A stretch of 57,971 bases of DNA. Source: Rhodospirillaceae bacterium (GTDB lineage: Bacteria > Pseudomonadota > Alphaproteobacteria > JAEULC01). How positions within the stretch are numbered: the stretch's first letter is position 1; every line of letters starts with the position of its first letter. This document shows, piece after piece, positions 9,065 to 18,177 of the stretch. The stretch lies in assembly GCA_023266845.1 (NCBI GenBank), contig JAHFPH010000004.1, forward strand, positions 1-57,971, read 5' to 3'. The notes beneath the pieces were generated by a model that was not told where the DNA came from, ran no database searches, and saw nothing but the letters and a program-made list of their open reading frames with translations. Made by a program: the position numbers and the translations under genes.

Positions 9065-10630
9065 ATGACCGACACGTCGGAACGGCAAGGCGCGGGCGCG
9101 GAACGGCGCGGCCGGGCGCGGCGCACGTCGCGTGAAGGACAAGGAGCGTCGCATCAGGCGCCGTTCCGCCAGCCGCGCCGCCCGTTCAAGCCGGTCGAGA
9201 TCGTCGGCGCCGAAGCGATCGAAGCGATCCACGAGGCGGCGCTGACCATCCTGGAGGAAATCGGCATGGATTTCCTCGACGCCGACGCGCGTCAACTGGC
9301 GAAATCGGCCGGTGCGCAAGTGGAGGTCGGAACAAATCGCGTGCGCTTCGACCGCGGGCTGATCCAGGAAAAGATCAAGACCGCCCCGGCCGAGTTCACG
9401 CTGCACGCGCGCAACCCGGCACACGATCTTTCCTTCGGCGGCGACAACGTGATCTTCGCCCAGGTCGCCAGCGCGCCGAACTGCTCGGACATGGACAAGG
9501 GGCGGCGCCCCGGCAGCCACGAGGACTTCCGCAATCTGGTGAAGCTGGCGCAGAGCTTCAACATCATTCACATGACCGGCGGCTATCCGGTCGAGCCGGT
9601 CGATTTACACGCCTCGATCAGGCATCTCGATTGCCTCGGTGACTTGGCCAAGCTGACGGACAAGGCGTTCCATTGCTATTCGCTGGGCCGCCAGCGCAAC
9701 CGCGACGCGCTGGAGATCGCGCGCCTGGCGCGCGGCATCTCGGCGGAACAGCTGGACAAGGAGCCGTCGCTGATCTCGGTGATCAATTCTTCTTCTCCCC
9801 TTCGGCTCGACTCGCCGATGCTGCAGGGGATCATGGAGATGTCGGCGCGCGGCCAAGTGATCATCATGACGCCGTTCACGCTGGCCGGCGCGATGGCGCC
9901 GGTGACGGTGGCGGGCGCGCTGGCGCAGCAGAACGCCGAGGCGCTATGCGGCATCGCCTTCACGCAGATCGTCAAGCCCGGCGCGCCGGTGGTCTATGGC
10001 GGGTTCACCTCGAACGTCGACATGAAGTCGGGTGCGCCGGCCTTTGGCACGCCGGAATACATGAAGTCGGCAATGATCGGCGGGCAATTGGCGCGGCGCT
10101 ATCGCCTGCCCTACCGCACGTCCAACACCTGCGCCGCCAATACGGTGGACGCGCAAGCGGCGTATGAGTCCGTGTTCTCGCTGTGGGGCGCTGTCATGGG
10201 CGGCGGAAATTTCATCCTGCATTCCGCCGGCTGGATGGAAGGCGGTCTGACCGCGTCTTTCGAGAAGACTATCGTGGACGTCGATTTGCTGCAAATGATC
10301 GCCAATTTTCTGGAGCCGCTGGAAGTGAGCCAGGAGACGCTAGCGTTGGACGCAATGCGCGAAGTGGGCCCGGGCGGGCATTATTTCGGCGCGGCGCACA
10401 CCCAGGCGCGGTTCAAGACGGCGTTCTACGCGCCGCTGATCTCGGACTGGCGCAATTTCGAATCCTGGCGCGAGGCCGGATCGCCCACGGCGATGGAAAA
10501 AGCCAATCGTTTGTGGAAAGAGACGCTCGCGCGTTACGAGCGCCCGGCGATGGACCAGGCGGCCGAGGCGGCGCTGGACGAGTTCGTCGCGCGGCGCAAA
10601 TCGGAAGGCGGCGTGAAGACCGACTTCTAG
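9065..10630 (+). CDS. Trimethylamine methyltransferase (MttB) superfamily protein, non-pyrrolysine (copy 2)
   Basis: INSSSPLR, TPFTLAGAMAPVTVAGALAQQNAE, TSNVDMKSGAPAFGTPEY, HSAGWMEGGL. ATG 9065 with GAGG upstream preferred over the ORF-track start 8996. Confidence 0.92.
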   Translation: MTDTSERQGAGAERRGRARRTSREGQGASHQAPFRQPRRPFKPVEIVGAEAIEAIHEAALTILEEIGMDFLDADARQLAKSAGAQVEVGTNRVRFDRGLIQEKIKTAPAEFTLHARNPAHDLSFGGDNVIFAQVASAPNCSDMDKGRRPGSHEDFRNLVKLAQSFNIIHMTGGYPVEPVDLHASIRHLDCLGDLAKLTDKAFHCYSLGRQRNRDALEIARLARGISAEQLDKEPSLISVINSSSPLRLDSPMLQGIMEMSARGQVIIMTPFTLAGAMAPVTVAGALAQQNAEALCGIAFTQIVKPGAPVVYGGFTSNVDMKSGAPAFGTPEYMKSAMIGGQLARRYRLPYRTSNTCAANTVDAQAAYESVFSLWGAVMGGGNFILHSAGWMEGGLTASFEKTIVDVDLLQMIANFLEPLEVSQETLALDAMREVGPGGHYFGAAHTQARFKTAFYAPLISDWRNFESWREAGSPTAMEKANRLWKETLARYERPAMDQAAEAALDEFVARRKSEGGVKTDF

Positions 10631-10636
10631 GCGCGC

Positions 10637-11714
10637 TTACATCGTCCGCTTGGGCGCGCTTGCCAGCAATTCCTGAAGCTGCTGCTTGTAGAACTTAGCC
10701 ATGCCCGTCGTGCCGTGGCCGCGCGTTTCCTCGCTGGCCGGGATCAGGTACAGCTTCCCGTTCTTCACGCGCTTCAGCTCCCGCTCCATGATGCCGGTTT
10801 CCGGCGGGTTGCGCTCGTCGTCGGCCGAGTTGATCGCCAGCAAGGCGGCCTGGATACGTTCGAGGCCGGGCGCGGGACTGTAGTCGCGCGAGGAATCCCA
10901 CTGGTACAGGAAGTCGTTGGCGTCGGCGGTGAAGGGCGCGTCCAGCCGCGCATCAAGCAGCTTGTCGGCCAGGTCGCGCGTCGGCGCCATTTTCTGGTAC
11001 GCCAGCGTGCCGCCGTTTGTAGCGATGCCGAAGAACACGCTGGCCACCTTGAACGCCTTCGGCTGCGTCGTGTAGTCGCCGTTGTTCCATTCCGGGTCGT
11101 TGCGGATCGAGTCGATGATCAGCCGGCGCATCATCCAGTTGCGGCTGGACATCTCGGTGGGCTGCGCGGCCATGGGCGCGAGCGCGTCCATGAAGCCGGG
11201 ATGGGCGACGCCCCAGATCCAGGTATGCATGCCGCCCATCGAGTTGCCGGTCACCAGCCGCGCGTGGCGGATGCCCAGACCCTCGGTCGCCAGCCTATTA
11301 TTGCGCGGCGACCATGTCGTCGTAGTTGTAGCGCGGGAACTTGGCGCGCATGCCGTCCGACGGTTTCGCCGATTTGCCGTGGCCGATGGCGTCGGGTAGG
11401 ACGATAAAGTACCTGCTTGCGTCGAGCGGCTGGCCGGGGCCGAACAGCTCGCCGGCATAGGCGGGGCTCAGCATGGCGCCGCCGTTTTGGGTGGTGCCGT
11501 GCAGGACGATCACCGGCTCGCCCGTCGGTTCGCCGACCGTGCGGTAGTGCATGCGCAGCTCAGGCAGCGTCTCGCCGGTGTGGAACTTGAAATCCTAGGC
11601 GATCCAGTCGCCTTCCTTCGCGGCGGGATAATTTTGCGCCTCGGCCGCAACCGCGCTGAGCGACAGAATCACAACAATCAGAGCGGCGCGCAACCGCAAG
11701 ACCTGGGACTTCAT
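10637..11714 (-). pseudogene. Disrupted secreted alpha/beta hydrolase (homoserine acetyltransferase/MetX-like fold)
   Basis: ATG 11714 with GGAGGAG RBS and signal peptide; in-frame TAG at codon 40 (11595-11597); one-base frameshift near 11298-11300 (CAA TAA TAG GCT where CAA TAT AGG CTG would be expected); nucleophile GNSMGG, SADDERNP and RGHGT intact downstream. Confidence 0.85.
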
Positions 11715-11745
11715 GCTCTCCTCCCCTGGCTCTAGTTTGCCCGGG

Positions 11746-11774
11746 ATCATGCTCCTGATTTCGCCGGTCATCAA
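11746..11774 (-). promoter_or_regulatory. Putative sigma70 promoter of the hydrolase pseudogene
   Basis: Minus strand TTGATG-N17-CATGAT, about 30 nt upstream of ATG 11714. Confidence 0.4.
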
Positions 11775-11806
11775 CGAACCGTCATGGCGCGTTCTGGCTC
11801 CGGCTT

Positions 11807-11879
11807 CTCATCCTTCGACAGGCTCAGGATGAGGAGCATTTGCAATTGTCCTCGTCCTAAGCTTGTCGAAGGACGAGGA
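11807..11879. repeat. REP-like inverted-repeat pair downstream of DMGDH copy 2
   Basis: CTCATCCTTCGACAGGCTCAGGATGAGGA (11807-11835) is inverted relative to TCCTCGTCCTAAGCTTGTCGAAGGACGAGGA (11849-11879); shares CATCCTTCGA / CTCAGGATGA cores with the 4945 element. Confidence 0.75.
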
Positions 11880-11896
11880 CAAATATCTCCCCTCCG

Positions 11897-14311
11897 CTAG
11901 CCGCGTTGCCTGCCGCCGTTCGCGTCGAACAGGGGCGTCAGGTGCACGCGCGCCGCGCGCTCCTCGCCCAGTATGTCGATTTTCAGCTCCTCTCCGTCCC
12001 TGGCGTATTCCGGCTTCACATAGCCCATGGCGATGCTCTTTTGCGCCCAATGCGCGAAGCCGCCGGACGTCACCTGCCCCACCGCCTTGCCGTCCTTGAG
12101 GATCGCCTCGTAACCCACGACGTCGGCGCCGTTGGCGTCGACGATCATCTTGACCAGCTTGCGCTGCGGTTCCTTACCGCGTTCGGCCAGGGCCGCCGCG
12201 CGGCCGACGAAATCGGATTTGTCGTAGCCGACGAAGCGGTCGAGCCCCGCTTCCACGGGGGTGTAGTCTGGGCGGAATTCACGGAAGAACGCGCCATAAT
12301 CTTTTTCTAGGCGGAGCGACATCAGCGCGCGGTTGCCGAAATGCCTGAGGTCGAGATCCCTGCCCGCTTCGACCAGGCTGTCGTAAAGCGCGACCTGGTA
12401 ATCCGGCGTAATCCAGATTTCGTAGCCCAGATCGCCGGTATAGCTCGCGCGCAGCACGATGGCGGGGCATATTCCCACCGCCATCTCGCGCGCGGCGAAG
12501 AACTTGAACTTGTCGTTCGACAGGTCCTCGCGCACCAGTTTCTGCAACAGCTCGCGCGATTTCGGTCCCGCGACCATGAAGCCGTTCATGGCGCTGCACA
12601 GGCTGCGCAAGGCCACGCCCGCGGGCGGAAGCTGCTTGTCGAACCAGCGCATGTGATAGACCTCGGCCACGCCCGAGCCGATCATGTAGAAACGCTCCGG
12701 GCCGAGTCGCGCCACGGTGAAATCGCCGATGATCCGCGCGCGTTCGTTCAGCATCGGCGCCAGGATCATGCGCCCGGGCTTGGGCATCTTGTTGGCAAGC
12801 AGCTTGTTGAGCCATTCCTCGGCGCCCGGGCCTTCGATCGAATATTTGGCAAAGCCGGAGATGTCCATGATGCCGACGGCGTTGCGTACCGCGTTGCATT
12901 CCTCGCGCACAACGGCGAAGGCGTTGGAGCGGCGATAGGTGGGAGTCTCCATCGGCTCGACGCCCTTGGGCGCGTACCACAGCGGCACCTCCAGGCCGAA
13001 GCTGGCACCGAACACCGCGCCCATCGCTTTCAACCGGTCGTATGACGGCGCGCGGCGCAGGGGACGCGCGGCGGTGAGTTCCTCGTTCGGGAAGGTGAGC
13101 CTGAAGCGGCGCTTGTAATTTTCCTGCACCTTCATATGCGTGTATTTGCGCGTGGCGAAGCTGCCGAAGCGCGACACGTCCATCGCGAACACATCGGAGC
13201 CGGGATCGCCCTCGACCATCCAGCGCGAGAGCGCCAGGCCCACGCCGCCGCCTTGCGCGAAGCCGGCCATCACGCCGCAGGCCGACCAGAAATTGCGCAA
13301 GCCCCTGACCGGCCCGACCAGCGGGTTGCCGTCCGGCGCGAAGGTGAACGGGCCGTTGACGATGCGCTTCATGCCCGCGCGCCCCACGGCCGGGAAATGC
13401 GCGAAGCCAAGCTCGAGCGACGGGGCGATGCGGTCCAGATCGTGCGGCAGCAGCTCCATCGAGAAATCGTCCGGCGTCTTGTCGGGCGACCAGGGCACGC
13501 ATGCCTGTTCATAAGTACCCAAGAGGACGCCCTTGCCTTCCTGGCGCATGTAGATCTCGCCGGTGAAATCCTGCGTTGCAAGCACTTCTTTGCCGTGGTT
13601 GGCGACCTCGGGGATTTCCTCGGTGACGATGTAGTGATGCTCCATCGCCAGCACCGGCAGCTCGATGCCCGCCATGTGGCCGATTTCGCGCGCCCACAGG
13701 CCCGCGGCGTTCACCACATGCTCGGCGTGCCAGTCGCCCTTGTCGGTCGAGACCAGCCAGCTTCCATCGGCGTTTTGGGTCAGCGATTTCACGGCGGTGA
13801 AGCGGTGCACCTGCGCCCCGCCCAGGCGCGCGGCCTTGGCATAGGCTTGCGTGACGCCCGAGGGATCGACATGCCCGCCGTCGCCGCGCCACAGCGCGCC
13901 CACGAAATGCTGCGGCTCGATCAGCGGGTTATATTTTTTCGCCTCCGTCAGCGAGATCATCTCGGTCTCGAATCCCAGATAGCGCGAGCGCGAGCGCACC
14001 AGCTTGATGAAGTCCAGGTGCTCTTGCGTGCTGGCGAGCATCAGCCCGCCGGTCAGGTGGATGCCGCAGGATTGGCCGGTGATCTGTTCCAGCTCGCGAT
14101 ACAGGTCGATGGTGTATTTCTGCAGGCGCGACACGTTGGCGTCGCTGTTCAGCGTGTGGATGCCGCCCGCCGCGTGCCAGGTGGAGCCGGAGGTAAGCTC
14201 GGACTTCTCCAGCAGCACCGCGTCCTTCCAACCAAGCTTGGTCAGGTGGTACAGCGCGCTGCATCCCACCACCCCGCCGCCAATCACCACCACCCGCGTT
14301 TTCGTTGCCAT
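11897..14311 (-). CDS. Dimethylglycine/sarcosine dehydrogenase-like FAD oxidoreductase with GcvT domain (copy 2)
   Basis: GGGVVG, ELTSGSTWHAAGG, NGPFTFAPDGNPLVGP, SYTGDLGYEI, LRLEK, VTSGGFAH. Confidence 0.92.
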   Translation of the reverse strand: MATKTRVVVIGGGVVGCSALYHLTKLGWKDAVLLEKSELTSGSTWHAAGGIHTLNSDANVSRLQKYTIDLYRELEQITGQSCGIHLTGGLMLASTQEHLDFIKLVRSRSRYLGFETEMISLTEAKKYNPLIEPQHFVGALWRGDGGHVDPSGVTQAYAKAARLGGAQVHRFTAVKSLTQNADGSWLVSTDKGDWHAEHVVNAAGLWAREIGHMAGIELPVLAMEHHYIVTEEIPEVANHGKEVLATQDFTGEIYMRQEGKGVLLGTYEQACVPWSPDKTPDDFSMELLPHDLDRIAPSLELGFAHFPAVGRAGMKRIVNGPFTFAPDGNPLVGPVRGLRNFWSACGVMAGFAQGGGVGLALSRWMVEGDPGSDVFAMDVSRFGSFATRKYTHMKVQENYKRRFRLTFPNEELTAARPLRRAPSYDRLKAMGAVFGASFGLEVPLWYAPKGVEPMETPTYRRSNAFAVVREECNAVRNAVGIMDISGFAKYSIEGPGAEEWLNKLLANKMPKPGRMILAPMLNERARIIGDFTVARLGPERFYMIGSGVAEVYHMRWFDKQLPPAGVALRSLCSAMNGFMVAGPKSRELLQKLVREDLSNDKFKFFAAREMAVGICPAIVLRASYTGDLGYEIWITPDYQVALYDSLVEAGRDLDLRHFGNRALMSLRLEKDYGAFFREFRPDYTPVEAGLDRFVGYDKSDFVGRAAALAERGKEPQRKLVKMIVDANGADVVGYEAILKDGKAVGQVTSGGFAHWAQKSIAMGYVKPEYARDGEELKIDILGEERAARVHLTPLFDANGGRQRG

Positions 14312-14345
14312 TGCCTTGACGATCCCCTGGAGCGGACGCGCCGCG

Positions 14346-14951
14346 TTATTCGATGACGTAGCCGAATTCGCCGGCCGATTTCAGCAGCCATTCGGTGAAG
14401 CTCCCGGCGAAACTCGACGGCAGGACAAGATCGAAGCTCGGCGCGTCGTCCGCTTGCGCCAAAACGACGTTGACATGCGCTATAGGCGTCACGGCGGCGC
14501 TTCCCGGCTTGAACACGCGGGCATTGAGATCGACGCGGCAGCCCTTGGCCAGCGCAGCGCGCGCATGGCGGCCCGAAACGCGCAGCACCGCCTTGCCGCC
14601 GGTCTGGTCGACCAGCGAGGCGGCGATGCCGGCCGCTTCGTGGCAGGCCTTGTCGACCTTGCGCATCAGCGCGTCCACTTCGCGCCACGGCTCGAGCAGC
14701 AGCCACGCGCCGGGTTGAATCCAAATCGCCGCCAGCTCGCCCGTGGTCGTCGCCCGCCCGGGCGGCGGCAATTCCAGGCCCAGGCCGCTGCGGATCGCCG
14801 TGGCGACGTCGCCTTCGCGGCCCTTGCGCGCCTGAAGCTGGACGACCGCCACCCGCCGTTCGCGGATCGACACGGGATGATCGCCGCCCGCGCCGTGCCG
14901 CCCGCGCGGCATGGCGTGCGCCAGGACCGAGCGCGGCTCAGGCGCGGACAC
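14346..14951 (-). CDS. soxG: Sarcosine oxidase gamma subunit
   Basis: WIQPGAWLL, LVDQTGG, LAKGCRVDL, SFAGSFTEWL; last gene of the soxBDAG order. Confidence 0.85.
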   Translation of the reverse strand: MSAPEPRSVLAHAMPRGRHGAGGDHPVSIRERRVAVVQLQARKGREGDVATAIRSGLGLELPPPGRATTTGELAAIWIQPGAWLLLEPWREVDALMRKVDKACHEAAGIAASLVDQTGGKAVLRVSGRHARAALAKGCRVDLNARVFKPGSAAVTPIAHVNVVLAQADDAPSFDLVLPSSFAGSFTEWLLKSAGEFGYVIE

Positions 14952-17898
14952 GCGCGTTCTCCGGGTCGATATGGTGCGGGCTGGTGATCTCGACCTCGAC
15001 CGTCTCGTTCTTCAGCGGATAGGCGGCGTACAGGCGCTTGCCCTTGTCGTCGGGCCCGCGCTTCAGCATGGCGAGGCCGATCCAGTTTTCCAGCTCGACC
15101 GAGCGCGTGACGCTGGTGACCCAACCCAAACTGTCGATCGAGTCGCGCGATGCCACGAGATGCGCGCCGCCGCGCAGGCGTTTTTCGAAACTGGGATCGA
15201 CCGCGCGGATGCCGACCAGGCGCGGCCGGCGGGAATCGGTCAGGCCCGGGCGCTCGGCAAGAACGCGGCCGATATAGTCGCCCTGTTTTTTCAGCATTTT
15301 TTCCATGCCCAGGTCGCGCGCCGTGGTCTGGCCATTCAGCTCCGGTCCCGCGACGTGGCCCTTTTCGACGCGCAGCAGGCTCAGCGCCTCGAGCCCGTAG
15401 GGCAGAATGCCGAACGCCGCGCCGGCCTCGATGATCGCGCGCCACACGCGCTCGCCGTATCCCGCGGGCGTCGCGATCTCGTAGGCCAGCTCGCCCGAGA
15501 AGCTGACGCGGAATACGCGCACCGGACAGCCATCCACCTCGCCCGCCCCGATGGCCATGAACGGAAACGCCGAATTGGACAGATCGAGCCCCGCGACGCA
15601 ATTCAGCAGCGTGTCGCGCGCACGCGGCCCCGCGACCGACATTTGCACCCACTGGTCGGTGACGGTCGAGAACTGCGCGTCGAGCTCGGGCCAGGCGACC
15701 TGCGCGTGGTATTCCATGTGCTCGAGCACCTCGGCGGCCTTGGCCGTGGTGGTGGTCATCAGATAATGCTGCTCGCCCAGGCGCGAAGTGGTGCCGTCGT
15801 CGAACACCATGCCGTCCTCGCGCAGCATCAATCCGTACCGCGCCTTGCCGACCGGCAGCGTGGAGAAGGTGTTGGTGTAAAGGCGGTCGAGGAACACGGC
15901 GGCGTCCGGCCCTTGCACGTCGATCTTGCCGAGGGTCGAGACGTCGCAAATGCCGACGGCCCGGCGTACGGCGCGTGCCTCGCGCAAGATCGGTTCCCAT
16001 CCGGTTTCGCCGGTGGTCGTGTAGTAGAGCGGCCGCAGCCACAGCCCGGTCTCAAGGAACACGCCGCCGCGGCGCAAATGCCATTGATGCATCGGGGTGC
16101 GGCGCGTCGGCACCAGATGCTTGCCGACCTCGCGTCCCGCCACCGCGCCCCAGGTAACGGGCGTGACATAAGGCCGATAGGTCGGCAGGCCGACCTTCTC
16201 GATGGAGTCGCCGCGCGCCGCGGCCAGCACCGCCACGCCGACGATGCCGCCGGTCTTGCCCTGATCGGTCGCCATGGTGTGGGTGGTGTAGCGCTTGGCG
16301 TGTTCGACATGCTCATAGCCTTCCTGATGCGCCAGGCGGATATCGGCTGATGTCACGTCGTTCTGCAGATCGACGAAGCTTTTCCCGCCATTCATTCCCG
16401 GCCCGCGCACTTCCCAGAACGGCTCAAGCGACGTGTGATGCGCGTCGTCCGGCGCGGGCAACGCGAACCCGGCGGCGGATTTGAATCCCGTCGCTTCCGC
16501 GGCCGCCGCGCCAGCCTCGGCTCCGTCGCGCGCCGCCGCCGCTATGCCGAACACGCCGCGCGCCGCGCCGGCCGAGCGTTCGGCCTGCACCGGCTTGCCC
16601 GGCAGGAAAGCGGCGAGCTCGCGCGACCAGATCAGCGGCGCGCGGGTATGGCTGGCGAGGTGCACGGCGGGATCGTGCCCGCCCGACACGCACAGCAGGT
16701 CGCATTCCAGCGAACTCACGCCACTGCCGTCGCGCTTGCGGACCGTGACGCCCCTCACGCTCTTGCCGCCTTGCACATCGACGATTTCGCAACCGAGGCT
16801 TAAAGGGATGCCGAGATGGTGCGCCGCGACGGCTTTCGCGGTTTCGGCGCGCACGTCGACGATCGCGGCCACGTCGATGCCCGCCTGTTTGAGCGCGAAA
16901 GCGGCATAATAGGCCCAGTCGTTGTTGACGAAGAACGCGGCCCGGCTACCCGGCGCGACGCCGAAACGCCGCACATAGGTCTCCGCCGCCGAGGCCAGCA
17001 TCACGCCCGGCTTGTCGTTGCCGGGGAAGGCGATCAGGCGCTCGGTCGCGCCGGTGGCGAGCACCACCTGCTTGGCGCGGATGGTCCAGAATCGCTGCCG
17101 CACCTTATAGGGTGGCGGCTCGGCCAGGTGGTCGCCGACGCGCTCGACCGCGCCCAGCACGTTATGCTCGTAGAAACCGACCACCGTCATGCGCGGCAAA
17201 AGTTTCACATCAGACATCGCCGCCAGCGTCAGCACCATCTCGGTGCGCCAGGCCTCGCGCGCCGGGTCGAGCAACAGGCCGCCGCCCAGCTCGAAATCCT
17301 GCTCGGCCAAAATCACCCGCGCACCCGAAGCGGCCGCGGCGCGGGCGGCCGCCAGTCCCGCCGCGCCCGAGCCCACCACCAGCACGTCGCAATGCGCGTG
17401 CATCGATTCGTATTCGTCGGGATCGGGCTCGGCGGCCGCGCGGCCCAGGCCGGCGGCACGGCGGATCAGCGGCTCGTAGACTTTCTCCCAGAACGCGGCT
17501 GGCCACATGAAGGTCTTGTAGTAGAACCCCGCGGGCAGGAACCGCGACAGGCGGGAATTGATCGCGGCGATGTCGAACTCGAGCGAGGGAAAGCGGTTCT
17601 GGCTCTTGGCTTCCAGCCCGTCGAACAGCTCGGCCACGGTGGCGCGCGTGTTCGGCTCGCGCCGCGCGCCCAAGCGCAATTCGACCAGCGCGCTCGGCTC
17701 TTCCGGTCCGGCGGTCAGCGCGCCGCGCGGACGGTGATACTTGAAGCTGCGGCCCATCAGCCGCACGCCGTTGGCGAGCAAGGCCGAGGCCAGCGTATCG
17801 CCGGGATGGCCCTCGAAGCTTTGGCCGTCGAAGCGGAATTCGATGCGGCGCGTGCGGTCGACGCGGCCGCCGGATGACAGGCGCATGGGCTGGGTCAT
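14938..17898 (-). CDS. soxA: Sarcosine oxidase alpha subunit
   Basis: GDTLASALLANGV, RSFKYHRPRG, GFYYKTFMWP, KSFVDLQNDVT, KRYTTHTMATDQGK, DVSTLGKIDVQG; ATG 17898 overlaps the soxD stop (ATGA). Confidence 0.95.
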   Translation of the reverse strand: MTQPMRLSSGGRVDRTRRIEFRFDGQSFEGHPGDTLASALLANGVRLMGRSFKYHRPRGALTAGPEEPSALVELRLGARREPNTRATVAELFDGLEAKSQNRFPSLEFDIAAINSRLSRFLPAGFYYKTFMWPAAFWEKVYEPLIRRAAGLGRAAAEPDPDEYESMHAHCDVLVVGSGAAGLAAARAAAASGARVILAEQDFELGGGLLLDPAREAWRTEMVLTLAAMSDVKLLPRMTVVGFYEHNVLGAVERVGDHLAEPPPYKVRQRFWTIRAKQVVLATGATERLIAFPGNDKPGVMLASAAETYVRRFGVAPGSRAAFFVNNDWAYYAAFALKQAGIDVAAIVDVRAETAKAVAAHHLGIPLSLGCEIVDVQGGKSVRGVTVRKRDGSGVSSLECDLLCVSGGHDPAVHLASHTRAPLIWSRELAAFLPGKPVQAERSAGAARGVFGIAAAARDGAEAGAAAAEATGFKSAAGFALPAPDDAHHTSLEPFWEVRGPGMNGGKSFVDLQNDVTSADIRLAHQEGYEHVEHAKRYTTHTMATDQGKTGGIVGVAVLAAARGDSIEKVGLPTYRPYVTPVTWGAVAGREVGKHLVPTRRTPMHQWHLRRGGVFLETGLWLRPLYYTTTGETGWEPILREARAVRRAVGICDVSTLGKIDVQGPDAAVFLDRLYTNTFSTLPVGKARYGLMLREDGMVFDDGTTSRLGEQHYLMTTTTAKAAEVLEHMEYHAQVAWPELDAQFSTVTDQWVQMSVAGPRARDTLLNCVAGLDLSNSAFPFMAIGAGEVDGCPVRVFRVSFSGELAYEIATPAGYGERVWRAIIEAGAAFGILPYGLEALSLLRVEKGHVAGPELNGQTTARDLGMEKMLKKQGDYIGRVLAERPGLTDSRRPRLVGIRAVDPSFEKRLRGGAHLVASRDSIDSLGWVTSVTRSVELENWIGLAMLKRGPDDKGKRLYAAYPLKNETVEVEITSPHHIDPENARVRA

Positions 17899-18167
17899 CG
17901 CGGCTTCTCTATTTTGTCCTGCGCCTTGCTCACGGCCTTGATTTCGTGCGTTGCGGTGTTGCGCAGCACCTTGATCCATTGCCGGCAGCCCGAAACGTGG
18001 TGCCACCACTCGATATGCCAGCCCATCGGATTGTCGCGCGTGTAGACGTAGTCGTAGAACACCTCGGCTTCGGCGCCAGGAGCCGGGCGTAAGACCGTCG
18101 CGTCGCCGCGATAGTGGAATTCGATCTCGTCGCGCGCGCCGCAGAACGGGCAGGAAATGCGATGCAT
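17895..18167 (-). CDS. soxD: Sarcosine oxidase delta subunit
   Basis: ISCPFCGARDEIEFHYRG...YVYTRDNP...WWHHVSGCRQW zinc motif; start trimmed to ATG 18167. Confidence 0.93.
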   Translation of the reverse strand: MHRISCPFCGARDEIEFHYRGDATVLRPAPGAEAEVFYDYVYTRDNPMGWHIEWWHHVSGCRQWIKVLRNTATHEIKAVSKAQDKIEKPR

Positions 18168-18177
18168 GCCAGCGGCC

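Noticed and set aside
11595-11597. In-frame amber codon next to MttB-family genes, suggesting pyrrolysine readthrough
   Set aside because: It is in the hydrolase, not the methyltransferases; the same gene also has a frameshift; no pyl genes are in the window; AAG-to-TAG nonsense is simpler
4945-11879. CRISPR array or IS ends suggested by the palindromic repeats
   Set aside because: Only inverted doublets, no spacer periodicity, no cas or transposase genes
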